From assembly GCA_036758285.1 (NCBI GenBank), contig DAIOWV010000006.1, positions 6,100-70,099 on the forward strand: a stretch of DNA of 64,000 bases, in the 5' to 3' direction. Positions 39,674 to 49,048 of this stretch are shown here, in pieces. Positions within the stretch are counted from its first letter, which is position 1. Every line of letters starts with the position of its first letter. The DNA comes from Taishania sp. (lineage in GTDB: Bacteria; Bacteroidota; Bacteroidia; Flavobacteriales_D; Crocinitomicaceae). Made by a program: the position numbers and the translations under genes. The notes beneath the pieces are model-generated. The model saw only the letters and a list, made by a program, of their open reading frames with translations, ran no database searches and had not been told where the DNA came from.

Positions 39674-39915
39674 AACAAACTAACAAAACACTAACTTTCA
39701 CCATACAAACCAGTATTTTAAACACTTACAAGCAAAACACTAACCAAAACATTTATATGAAGTAAAAAAATCTAGAAAATCAATAGCATTCTGACTTTTT
39801 TTTAAACTTTTTTATGTAAATATTTGCAGTGTTGAAAAACAGAGTCGCCCTCAAGAAATTCTTGAGATTATATATTAAAAATATTTGTTTAACCATATTA
39901 ACGAGAAAGACGTAA

Positions 39916-41346
39916 ATGAGTAACTTACACACAGGCATTTGGGATTCATGTTTAAAAGTAATTAAAGACAATGTCTCTTTACAAGCTTTTAAGACATGGT
40001 TTGAGCCAATTATCCCTGTTAAATTGGAAGAAAATGTACTAACAATCCAAGTTCCGTCTCACTTTTTTTATGAGTGGTTGGAGGAGAATTACATTACTTT
40101 ATTGAAAAAAGTGATTAAGAAGGAGTTGGGTGCAGATGGTCGTTTAGAGTACAGTATCATCATGGAGAATAATTCAACCAATTCTACTCCGTACACTGTG
40201 AAACTGCCTGCGTTGGCTAAAAAACCTTTAAAAAATGCTCCAGTATCTATGCCACTTGACATGGGTGAAAAGCAAATTCGAAATCCATTTATAATTCCAG
40301 GTTTAAAAAAGGTCAATGTTGAATCTAATTTAAATCCATCGTATTCTTTTGAGAATTTTGTAGAAGGAGATTGTAATCGATTAGCTAGAGCATCTGGTTA
40401 TGCTGTTGCCAACAAACCCGGAGGAACTGCTTTTAATCCATTGTTGATTTATGGTGGAGTTGGACTAGGGAAAACACATTTAGCACATGCAATTGGAATT
40501 GAAATTAAAAATCAATTTCCTAACAAAACTGTACTTTATGTAGGTTCTGAGAAATTTGCTCACCAGTTCATTGATGCGATTAAAAATCAAACATCTAATG
40601 ATTTCATTCATTTTTATCAAATGATTGATGTGTTAATCATTGATGATGTACAGTTCTTTGCAGGGAAAGAAAAAACTCAAGACGTTTTCTTTCACATATT
40701 CAACCACTTGCATCAAAATGGAAAACAGATTATTTTAACATCTGATAAACCACCTGTAGAAATGCAAGGAATGGAGCAACGATTACTTTCACGTTTTAAA
40801 TGGGGTCTTTCCGCTGATTTAGGAACTCCTGATTTAGAAACACGTATCGCCATTCTTGAGAAAAAAATGTACGGCAATGGAATTGAATTACCAAAAGATG
40901 TAGTGGAATACTTAGCTTATTCTATCAATACGAATGTTCGTGAAATGGAAGGCGCATTAAATACATTACTTGCCCAGGCTTCCCTTAACAAGAAAGCAAT
41001 TACTTTAGAGCTTGCGAAACAAATGGTAGACAAGTTTGTGAAAAATACAGCTCGTGAAGTATCTATTGAATATATTCAAAAAATTGTTTGCGATTATTTT
41101 GACTTACCAATTGAAATGTTAAAATCTAAAACAAGAAAAAGAGAAGTTGTTCAAGCTCGTCAAATTTCAATGTATTTCTCAAAAAAGATGACAAAATCGT
41201 CATTGGCAAACATTGGAGCACATTGTGGAGGTAAAGATCACGCTACCGTTCTTCACGCATGCAGAACAGTTGTTAATCTTTCGGAGACAGACAAACAATT
41301 CAAAGGTTATTTAGAGGAATTAGAAAAAAAGTTAACTATTCAATAA
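39916..41346 (+). CDS. dnaA: Chromosomal replication initiator DnaA
   Basis: FNPLLIYGGVGLGKTHL, IDDVQF, RLLSRFKWGL, VREMEGAL, GGKDHATVLHA. Confidence 0.98.
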   Translation: MSNLHTGIWDSCLKVIKDNVSLQAFKTWFEPIIPVKLEENVLTIQVPSHFFYEWLEENYITLLKKVIKKELGADGRLEYSIIMENNSTNSTPYTVKLPALAKKPLKNAPVSMPLDMGEKQIRNPFIIPGLKKVNVESNLNPSYSFENFVEGDCNRLARASGYAVANKPGGTAFNPLLIYGGVGLGKTHLAHAIGIEIKNQFPNKTVLYVGSEKFAHQFIDAIKNQTSNDFIHFYQMIDVLIIDDVQFFAGKEKTQDVFFHIFNHLHQNGKQIILTSDKPPVEMQGMEQRLLSRFKWGLSADLGTPDLETRIAILEKKMYGNGIELPKDVVEYLAYSINTNVREMEGALNTLLAQASLNKKAITLELAKQMVDKFVKNTAREVSIEYIQKIVCDYFDLPIEMLKSKTRKREVVQARQISMYFSKKMTKSSLANIGAHCGGKDHATVLHACRTVVNLSETDKQFKGYLEELEKKLTIQ

Positions 41347-41353
41347 TTAAATT

Positions 41354-42304
41354 ATGATTTTACAAACTGAAATACCAGTATCAATCGTTGGGAATTTATT
41401 CTGGATTGCATTAGCTGCAATAATTATTGTTAAAGCATTCATCATTGTACGTGAGCAAACTGCTGTAATGATTGAACGTCTTGGAAAATTTAATCGAGTA
41501 GCCAATTCAGGTTTTGGATTAATCATTCCATTCATTGACAGAAAAGCTGCAATGGTAAACTTACGTGTACAACAGTTAGACGTAGAAATTGAAACAAAAA
41601 CAAAAGACGATGTATTCGTACATTTACAGGTTTCTGTTCAATACAAGATTTCAAGAGACAAAATTCGAGAGGCTTATTATTCACTTGACAACCCTAGAAA
41701 CCAAATCGCTTCTTATGTATTTGATGATGTTCGAGCTGAGGTTCCAAAATTAGAATTAGATGATGTCTTTGCTAAAAAAGAAGACATTGCCATTGCTGTT
41801 CAACAAAACATTGCCGAGAGTATGCAGGAATATGGATATGTTATCATCAAAGCGTTGATTACAGACATTAATCCTGATGCTAAAGTGAAAGAATCAATGA
41901 ATAGAATTAATGCTGCTAAAAGAGAAAAAGAAGCAGCTTTAGAAGAAGGTGAAGCAAAAAAGATTAAGATAATCAAAGAAGCAGAAGCGGAAGCGGAGTC
42001 AAAAAGATTAGCTGGTGAAGGTATTGCTCAACAACGTTTAGAAATTGTTCGTGGTTTCAAAGAATCAGTTGAAGACTTTAAGAAATCAATGGAAAATGTT
42101 ACCCATGAAGAAATTATGCAATTTGTATTAATGACTCAATATTTTGATACAATTAAAGACATCGGTTCAAACTCTAAAAATTCTGCAATATTAATGCCTC
42201 ACTCTCCTGGAGGTATGAAAGATTTCCAAGACCAAGTTATTCAAGGAACTTTCATCGGAAATCAAATGAAAGACTTTAGTCAATCTAGAAAAAATAACGA
42301 TTAA
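41354..42304 (+). CDS. SPFH/band 7 domain protein
   Basis: ERLGKF, ETKTKDDVFV, ALITDINPD, AEAEAESKRLAGEGIA.QR, TQYFDT. Confidence 0.9.
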   Translation: MILQTEIPVSIVGNLFWIALAAIIIVKAFIIVREQTAVMIERLGKFNRVANSGFGLIIPFIDRKAAMVNLRVQQLDVEIETKTKDDVFVHLQVSVQYKISRDKIREAYYSLDNPRNQIASYVFDDVRAEVPKLELDDVFAKKEDIAIAVQQNIAESMQEYGYVIIKALITDINPDAKVKESMNRINAAKREKEAALEEGEAKKIKIIKEAEAEAESKRLAGEGIAQQRLEIVRGFKESVEDFKKSMENVTHEEIMQFVLMTQYFDTIKDIGSNSKNSAILMPHSPGGMKDFQDQVIQGTFIGNQMKDFSQSRKNND

Positions 42305-42306
42305 AG

Positions 42307-42338
42307 AAAAGGCTGTTTCATAAGAAACAGCCTTTTTT
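42307..42338. terminator. Bidirectional intrinsic terminator
   Basis: AAAAGGCTGTTTC-ATAA-GAAACAGCCTTTTTT. Confidence 0.9.
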
Positions 42339-42356
42339 AATATCAACTTTTAGCGA

Positions 42357-44354
42357 TTATTTCGCTTGTAATTCAAATAAAATATCCCTCAATCTAGCTG
42401 CCTCAATAAAGTCAAGGTCTTTAGCAGCTTTTTCCATCGCCTTTTTCGTAGTTGCAATTTGCTTTTCTAATGATTGTTTGCTTTCATATCCTACACCAGA
42501 CTCAGCAGCTACATTTAATGGTTTGGTTAAAGAGTTATAATCGTCTTTAGTTTTCGAAGATTGAATCACAAGCATTTTTTCTTTTGATTTCATTAATGGT
42601 TGTGGCACTTTCCCATTTGCTTCATTGTAATCCATCTGAATTTTTCTTCTACGAGCAGTTTCATCAATTGTTCTTTGCATCGATTTAGTAATCGTATCAG
42701 CATACATAATGACAAATCCATTCACATTTCTAGCTGCTCTACCAACAGTCTGTACTAACGAACGTTCATTCCTTAAAAAACCTTCCTTATCAGCATCTAA
42801 AATAGCAACTAAACTCACCTCAGGCAAATCCAATCCCTCTCGCAAAAGATTCACACCAATTAGAACATCGAATACTCCCATCCTTAATTGATGTAAAATT
42901 TCAATACGTTCTAATGTATCAACTTCACTATGAATGTAACGACAAGGAATTCCTAATTTATCAAAATACTTTTGAAGTTCTTCAGCCATTCTTTTTGTTA
43001 GGGTTGTAATCAAAACTCGTTCATCTCGATCTCTTCTAACCTGAATTTCTTCAATTAAATTATCAATTTGATTGAGTGATGGTCGAACTTCAATTTCAGG
43101 ATCTAAAAGTCCGGTAGGCCTAATCACTTGTTCAACGACAACACCTTCAGACTGCTCAAGTTCATAATCTGCGGGTGTTGCAGATATATAAACAGCTTGA
43201 TTTACCATCCCCTCAAATTCCTCAAATTTCAACGGTCTGTTATCTATAGCAGCTTGAAGACGAAAACCATAATCAACTAAATTAATTTTTCTGGCTCTAT
43301 CACCTCCATACATCGCTCTTATTTGAGGTATTGTCACATGACTTTCATCAACAACAAGTAAAAAATCATCTGGAAAATAATCCAACAAACAAAAGGGTCT
43401 TTCTCCAGGTTTTCGTTTGTCAAAATAACGAGAATAATTCTCAATACCCGAGCAATATCCTAATTCACGAATCATTTCCATATCATAAGAAACACGCTCT
43501 TCAAGACGTTTTGCTTCCTCAATTTTACCTTCCTTTTTGAAATTTTCAACCTGCACGACCATATCTTCTCCAATTTGATCTAAAGCTTGTTTCGTATTTT
43601 CAGGACTTGAAACGAAGATATTTGCTGGATAAATATTTATTTCTTCAAAAGATTCTAACTTTTCATTTGAGATGGGATCAATCGAAGTAATCGCTTCTAT
43701 ATCATCCCCCCAAAACTCAATTCTTAAAGCATAATCAGCATAGGCAAGATAAATATCAACTGTATCCCCTTTAACTCTAAAAGTTCCTCGTTTAAATTCT
43801 TCATGAGAGCGAGAATATAAATTCTCTACTAACTTGAACAAAAATTTATTGCGCGAAATAGTTGTTCCTCTTTTTAAATAAATGATACTGTTTTCAAATT
43901 CATTCGGATTTCCTATACCATAGATACAAGAAACTGAAGCAATTACAACAATATCTTTTCGACCTGACAAAAGTGTTGAAGTAGCGGAAAGTCTAAGTTT
44001 TTCTAATTCATCATTTACCTGTAAATCTTTTTCAATATATGTATTGGTAACAGGCAAGTAAGCTTCTGGCTGATAATAATCGTAATAGGAAACAAAATAC
44101 TCAACTGCGTTATTAGGGAAAAACTGTTTGAACTCTCCATACAATTGAGCAGCAAGTGTTTTATTATGAGATAAAATTAAGGTTGGTCGACCAATTTGTT
44201 CGATTACATTGGCTACTGTAAATGTTTTACCACTTCCTGTTACTCCTAAAAGTGTTTGATGCTGTCTATCTGAACGAATTCCTGAAACCAATTCTGAGAT
44301 TGCTTCTGGTTGATCACCAGTTGGTTGAAATTCTGAAACAAGTTGAAAATCCAT
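42357..44354 (-). CDS. uvrB: Excinuclease ABC subunit B
   Basis: LGVTGSGKT, FVSYYDYYQPEAY, DESH, NLLREGLDLPEVSLV, GRAARN, C-terminal UVR domain. Confidence 0.98.
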   Translation of the reverse strand: MDFQLVSEFQPTGDQPEAISELVSGIRSDRQHQTLLGVTGSGKTFTVANVIEQIGRPTLILSHNKTLAAQLYGEFKQFFPNNAVEYFVSYYDYYQPEAYLPVTNTYIEKDLQVNDELEKLRLSATSTLLSGRKDIVVIASVSCIYGIGNPNEFENSIIYLKRGTTISRNKFLFKLVENLYSRSHEEFKRGTFRVKGDTVDIYLAYADYALRIEFWGDDIEAITSIDPISNEKLESFEEINIYPANIFVSSPENTKQALDQIGEDMVVQVENFKKEGKIEEAKRLEERVSYDMEMIRELGYCSGIENYSRYFDKRKPGERPFCLLDYFPDDFLLVVDESHVTIPQIRAMYGGDRARKINLVDYGFRLQAAIDNRPLKFEEFEGMVNQAVYISATPADYELEQSEGVVVEQVIRPTGLLDPEIEVRPSLNQIDNLIEEIQVRRDRDERVLITTLTKRMAEELQKYFDKLGIPCRYIHSEVDTLERIEILHQLRMGVFDVLIGVNLLREGLDLPEVSLVAILDADKEGFLRNERSLVQTVGRAARNVNGFVIMYADTITKSMQRTIDETARRRKIQMDYNEANGKVPQPLMKSKEKMLVIQSSKTKDDYNSLTKPLNVAAESGVGYESKQSLEKQIATTKKAMEKAAKDLDFIEAARLRDILFELQAK

Positions 44355-44358
44355 GTTA

Positions 44359-44366
44359 CAAAATTA
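44359..44366 (-). promoter_or_regulatory. -7 element 4 nt before the uvrB ATG
   Basis: Minus strand TAATTTTG-TAAC-ATG. Confidence 0.7.
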
Positions 44367-44435
44367 TGAAAATATGTGACACGTATCTAATTTAATAACT
44401 GATGAAAACCAATTATTTATCAGTTACCAAGAACA

Positions 44436-45479
44436 TTAATAGTCAACTGCATCAAGAGTAAACACAAACGTTGTTCCCATACCTTCTGTACTTCTCACGT
44501 TAATGGTTTGTTGATGTGCTTCCACAATATGCTTTACAATTGAAAGACCTAATCCAGAGCCCCCATCATTACGATTTCGACTTTTTTCAACTCGATAAAA
44601 TCGTTCAAAAATTCGTTTTATTGATGCTTCATCGATACCTGGTCCATTATCTGAAACTTCAATAGTAACACTATCATCAACTACGTAAAATCGGACAGTT
44701 GTTTTACCGCCTTCATTACCATAAGCAATTGAATTTCGTAGTAAATTAATAAATACCTGAGAAATTTTTGCCCTATCACCTTTTACGTAAATCGGTTCGT
44801 ATTGTTTTTCAAACTTAAGCTTAATTGATTTTTCTTGAGATTCTGCTTCAAGAGATTCGAAAATTTCTTTTACCAATTCTTTTAAATTAAACTCTCGAAT
44901 ATCTAGTGGAAGTTCATTCACTTCCATTTTCATAATTTGATCTAAATCTTCAATTAAGTGAACCATTCTATCTGTTGCTTTTGAAGCACGTTCAAGAAAC
45001 ATAACATTCACATTATTGTCTTCTAAGCCTCCTTCAAGTAAGGTTAATAAATACCCTTGAATGGAAAAAATTGGAGTTTTTAACTCATGCGCTAAATTCC
45101 CAAGAAATTCTCTTCTAAATTTTGCTTGTTCCTGTAATCGAACAATTTCTTTTTGCTTTTCAGCAGACCAATCTTGTGTATCTTTTTCAGCTTTAGCAAT
45201 AGAATCTTCCGTTAATTTAAATTTCAAATCACTATTAGAAGTAAATTTTCCTTTTCTAATTGAACGGTATAAAACTGACAATCTATCATTTATAAATTTC
45301 CTTACAATTAGATAAAAAATTAGATAGCTCGTTATTCCAGACACTAAAATGATTGCCAAATACAAGAATAAAGATACTGATGATGTAAAAACATCAATAA
45401 TGAAAAGACATAAGAAGCATAAAAAGGAAACCCCAACACTTCCTGTCATTAATATTTGAGATGGACTAAAATTCCTCAA
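44436..45479 (-). CDS. Sensor histidine kinase, PhoR-like
   Basis: Two TM segments; AHELKTPIFSIQGY H-box; NLLRN, DNGPGI, FERFYRV, GSGLGL; TTGA overlap with the regulator. Confidence 0.88.
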   Translation of the reverse strand: MRNFSPSQILMTGSVGVSFLCFLCLFIIDVFTSSVSLFLYLAIILVSGITSYLIFYLIVRKFINDRLSVLYRSIRKGKFTSNSDLKFKLTEDSIAKAEKDTQDWSAEKQKEIVRLQEQAKFRREFLGNLAHELKTPIFSIQGYLLTLLEGGLEDNNVNVMFLERASKATDRMVHLIEDLDQIMKMEVNELPLDIREFNLKELVKEIFESLEAESQEKSIKLKFEKQYEPIYVKGDRAKISQVFINLLRNSIAYGNEGGKTTVRFYVVDDSVTIEVSDNGPGIDEASIKRIFERFYRVEKSRNRNDGGSGLGLSIVKHIVEAHQQTINVRSTEGMGTTFVFTLDAVDY

Positions 45480-46159
45480 TTTTCTTTAAATGTATAACCA
45501 ACACCTTTTATAGTGCGAATATAATCATTTCCTAGTTTTTCTCGTAATTTTCTAATATGTACATCAATGGTACGTTCACCAACAATTGTTTCGTTTCCCC
45601 AAACCATTGATAAAATCTGATCACGTGTAAAAACTTTACCTGGATGTTTTGCCAATACTTCAAGTAATTCAAATTCTTTCTTAGGTAATGTAATTTTTTC
45701 ACCTTCAATTTCTACATAAAACTTCTCGCGATTGATTACAATTGACCCATTAGAAATAGATGGGGCAACTTGGGTTACATCATATCTTCGTAACAATGAC
45801 TCAATTTTACTAATCAATAAACGTGGACGAATAGGTTTTGTAATATAATCATCTCCACCAGCAGAAAAACCAGCAATTTGAGAATAATCTTCAGCTCTTG
45901 AAGTAAGAAAAGTAATCAATGGCTGTTTAATGTCCTTTAACTCTCTAATGTACTGACACGTCTCGATTCCATCCATTTTTGGCATCATCAAATCCATTAA
46001 AATTAAAGACGGATTATGCAATAATGTTAACTCAATTGCCTTTTCTCCATCTTCAGCACATATTACATTATAACCTTCTTTTTCAATATTATAAGACAAC
46101 ATACTTAGGATATCTTGATCATCGTCGACCAATAAAATGGTGTGATTTTTTGCTGTCAT
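45476..46159 (-). CDS. OmpR/PhoB family response regulator, PhoP-like
   Basis: LLVDDD, LMDLMMPKMDG, DDYITKP, KEFELL, RTIDVHIRKLREK, IRTIKGVGY. Confidence 0.92.
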   Translation of the reverse strand: MTAKNHTILLVDDDQDILSMLSYNIEKEGYNVICAEDGEKAIELTLLHNPSLILMDLMMPKMDGIETCQYIRELKDIKQPLITFLTSRAEDYSQIAGFSAGGDDYITKPIRPRLLISKIESLLRRYDVTQVAPSISNGSIVINREKFYVEIEGEKITLPKKEFELLEVLAKHPGKVFTRDQILSMVWGNETIVGERTIDVHIRKLREKLGNDYIRTIKGVGYTFKEN

Positions 46160-46182
46160 AACTTTTGAATATTAAACTTTTG

Positions 46183-46238
46183 CAAAGTTAGCTTCCGAAT
46201 ATTTGTGATGGATTAACTTAAGTTTAATCTTAAGTTAA
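46183..46238 (-). promoter_or_regulatory. Regulator promoter with an upstream 11-bp-period repeat/palindrome
   Basis: TAACTTTG on minus at 46183-90; TTAACTTAAG-TTTAAT-CTTAAGTTAA at 46213-38. Confidence 0.55.
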
Positions 46239-46468
46239 ATGAATAATAGGCATCATTAAGATTAAATTAAACTCATAATTCACAAACAAAAAATATAAAA
46301 GTTTTATTAATAATTAAAAACCTATTTTTCAACCCATTAAACTTATTTAAATAACTACAACAATATTAGACAGTTATCCATTTAACAACTTTATTAAAAA
46401 GTTAAATTGAAAAGAAAAAGACATAATATGAGAAAGAGTAACGACTTTTGTTATTCAAAGTAAAAATC

Positions 46469-47683
46469 GTGAATAAAAAACGTTTATTAAGTAAAGTAAC
46501 TTTGATATTTATTTTAATGATTAAAATAAATGTTTTAAGTCAAGTGGATACAGTATCAAATGAATCACCAGATAAAAAATGGTTTCAATCATTTTCTATT
46601 AGCGGATATGTTCAAATAAGATACAATGGTTTATTTGAAACGAATGATAAACTAAATTGCGATCAATGTGATAAGTCTTGGGGTGGCGGTGGAAATTTTT
46701 CAATCCGTAGAGCACGAATCATTTTTTCAGGACAAATTCATCCTCAATTATTTTTTTATGTTCAACCAGATTTTGCAAGTTCCATAGATGGAGGTAAAAA
46801 TTTTGGTCAACTTCGAGATGCATATTTTGATATTGGTTTAGATAAAAAAAATGAATTCCGATTTCGAATAGGTCAATCAAAGGTTCCATATAGCTTTGAA
46901 AATTTACAATCTAGCAGAAATAGAATTAGTTTAGATCGAAATGATGGAACAAATAGTTCATTTACAAACGAACGAGATCTAGGAGTTCATTTTATGTGGG
47001 CTTCAACGAAAAGACGTGAATTATTTAAGTACCTTGTAGATAGTGGTCTCAAAGGAAGTGGAGATTACGGAGTGCTGACAGTTGGTATTATCAATGGTCA
47101 GCCTTTAAACACCCGAGAATTAAACAAACAAAAGCATGTTTTATTTAGGGCGGCTTACCCATTTGCTATAAAAAATCAAATTTTTGAAGCCAATATCCAA
47201 GCTTATTCAGGAATGTACAGAATGATGGATGAAGATATTAGTCCAGGAGTAAAACATAACAACGATTTAAATTACAAAGATGAAAGAATAGGGATTGGAG
47301 CAGTTTGGTACCCAAAACCATTTGGAATTCAAGCTGAATATAACATTGGAAATGGTCCTGAATTTAATAAACTTACAGATTCAATTGAAACACAAAGTCT
47401 TTCTGGTGGTTATATCATGTTGAATTATCAATTAAAACTTAAAAATCAGCTAATTATTCCTTTTACTAAGTACAAATATTATGATGGAGGTAAGAAGTTT
47501 GAACTAGATGCTAGAAGCTATCATTTGGAAGAATTTGAAGTAGGTGTAGAATGGCAACCAATAAAATACATGGAGTTTGTTGCTATGTACACATTTTCTA
47601 ATCGTAGATATGAAGATTATGAACTTCATGATAATCTTCAAAAAGGTAGTTTATTGCGTATACAAGCTCAATTAAATTTTTAA
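46469..47683 (+). CDS. Porin, OprO/OprP phosphate-selective-like
   Basis: GYVQIRYN, FSIRRAR, GQLRDAYFD, RIGQSKVPYSFENLQSS..R, ERDLG, terminal QLNF. GTG 46469 preferred over TTG 46448. Confidence 0.8.
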   Translation: MNKKRLLSKVTLIFILMIKINVLSQVDTVSNESPDKKWFQSFSISGYVQIRYNGLFETNDKLNCDQCDKSWGGGGNFSIRRARIIFSGQIHPQLFFYVQPDFASSIDGGKNFGQLRDAYFDIGLDKKNEFRFRIGQSKVPYSFENLQSSRNRISLDRNDGTNSSFTNERDLGVHFMWASTKRRELFKYLVDSGLKGSGDYGVLTVGIINGQPLNTRELNKQKHVLFRAAYPFAIKNQIFEANIQAYSGMYRMMDEDISPGVKHNNDLNYKDERIGIGAVWYPKPFGIQAEYNIGNGPEFNKLTDSIETQSLSGGYIMLNYQLKLKNQLIIPFTKYKYYDGGKKFELDARSYHLEEFEVGVEWQPIKYMEFVAMYTFSNRRYEDYELHDNLQKGSLLRIQAQLNF

Positions 47684-47710
47684 AAAAAAGCATGTAAAAA
47701 TTTACATGCT
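47682..47710. terminator. Intrinsic terminator between the porin and lolA
   Basis: A-run then AGCATGTAAA-AA-TTTACATGCT. Confidence 0.75.
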
Positions 47711-47732
47711 CTTCAAAGTATTTAATTTGTAA

Positions 47733-48368
47733 TTAATCCTCTATAATTTGATATCCAGGATATTTAGATTTGTCAAACACAAATTTTGAATCCGGAGCAT
47801 CTACATTGAATTGTAATTTTGTTACAGTATAATTCATCACAGTACCGTCTTTCCCTTTTAAAGTTGCTTTCTTAAGCTCATTTCCATCTTTTGAGATATA
47901 AACAGTTATCGTATGATAATCAGCTGTTTTTGGGTTTTTTGGAAACAAATTAATAATATGAACCGCATCATTCCCTAATTTTGATTCTTTATCGTACTTG
48001 CTTTTAAAGCCAGTATCCCACATCGTCATTAATTTTTTAGGGTTGATTGTTTCTTCTTCACCATTTTCATCTGAAACATAAACAGATTTTTCTTCTTTTA
48101 AAATCGTCCATGCTTTTTTTCCATTCGAAAGGCGAGTCAACTCTCCATAAGAAGCATAATACTTGTCACCCTTCACCCAACCTTTTCCTGTATTATTCTC
48201 ATTTGTACCAGTACTTGCATTTTTTATATTAGCTGAAAATTCCAAATAGAAAGAAGAGCTATTTTTAACTTTTCCTGAAAATACAGATAAAATTTTATCA
48301 GCTTTTTCATCTTGTGAGAAACTAAATGAAACAGAAAAAAGTAATGTTATTAAAAATAAATATTTCAT
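47733..48368 (-). CDS. lolA: Outer-membrane lipoprotein carrier protein LolA family
   Basis: Signal SFS|Q; KGDKY, SNGKKAW, INP, FVFDKSKYPG C-terminus. Confidence 0.75.
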   Translation of the reverse strand: MKYLFLITLLFSVSFSFSQDEKADKILSVFSGKVKNSSSFYLEFSANIKNASTGTNENNTGKGWVKGDKYYASYGELTRLSNGKKAWTILKEEKSVYVSDENGEEETINPKKLMTMWDTGFKSKYDKESKLGNDAVHIINLFPKNPKTADYHTITVYISKDGNELKKATLKGKDGTVMNYTVTKLQFNVDAPDSKFVFDKSKYPGYQIIED

Positions 48369-48393
48369 AATTGATAAATTGTTTGAGCACTAA

Positions 48394-48412
48394 AACCATA
48401 AAGCGTGCCAAA
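48394..48412 (-). promoter_or_regulatory. Possible sigma54 promoter
   Basis: Minus strand TTTGGCACG-CTTT-ATGG; exact -24 core, poor -12. Confidence 0.4.
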
Positions 48413-48422
48413 TTTATTGTTT

Positions 48423-49046
48423 TTATAGGATATCTTGCAAAGTTTTTAAATCAATATCATGATTTCCATCAAATTTTTTAGTTTTAAAACCTAGTTCTTC
48501 AAAAAAAACAAACGCTTCAACCTGTTGATTTTCATTAAAAAACATATCATTCGCGCCTAAAACAAACGTATTTTTTGAATGTGTACTTGAACGATTAAAA
48601 ATTGTTTCTTTATCAATATCAGGAGGAAAAACTGATGCCCAAACAATTAATCTATTAATCTTATTTTGATTTGAGTAAAAATATCGAGAAGCCGTTGCAC
48701 CACCTTGAGAAAATCCGAGTAAAACAACTTCTTCATATGTTTCCGAGGTTAACAATGTGTTTAATAAAGATTCTATTAAAAGATTATTTTCTGCAATGTC
48801 AACATCTCGAAGTTCTTTGGTCATCCATGAAGCTCCTACCCTACCTGAACTTCCATTTAAATAAAATCGATGTGTAGCTTCTGGAGCAACAACAAACCAA
48901 TCTTCTTCTAAACCAATAAATTTTCGAATAAAATACTTAGAAAGCTGACCATATCCATGCAAAGCAATTAATAACCTTTTTGCCTTTACATTACCTAATG
49001 TACTAAATCGTACATTTTTTTTTATTTCAAAGAAATGTTCGTCCAT
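48423..49046 (-). CDS. Alpha/beta hydrolase (phospholipase/carboxylesterase-like)
   Basis: LHGYGQL, RVGASWMT, GFSQG, GAND, GNH. Confidence 0.85.
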   Translation of the reverse strand: MDEHFFEIKKNVRFSTLGNVKAKRLLIALHGYGQLSKYFIRKFIGLEEDWFVVAPEATHRFYLNGSSGRVGASWMTKELRDVDIAENNLLIESLLNTLLTSETYEEVVLLGFSQGGATASRYFYSNQNKINRLIVWASVFPPDIDKETIFNRSSTHSKNTFVLGANDMFFNENQQVEAFVFFEELGFKTKKFDGNHDIDLKTLQDIL

Positions 49047-49048
49047 TT

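Noticed and set aside
39582..39915. oriC next to dnaA
   Set aside because: Only two degenerate boxes. Genes do not diverge from this point and I see no obvious strand-composition switch by eye. A cumulative GC-skew calculation is needed, so it is not called.
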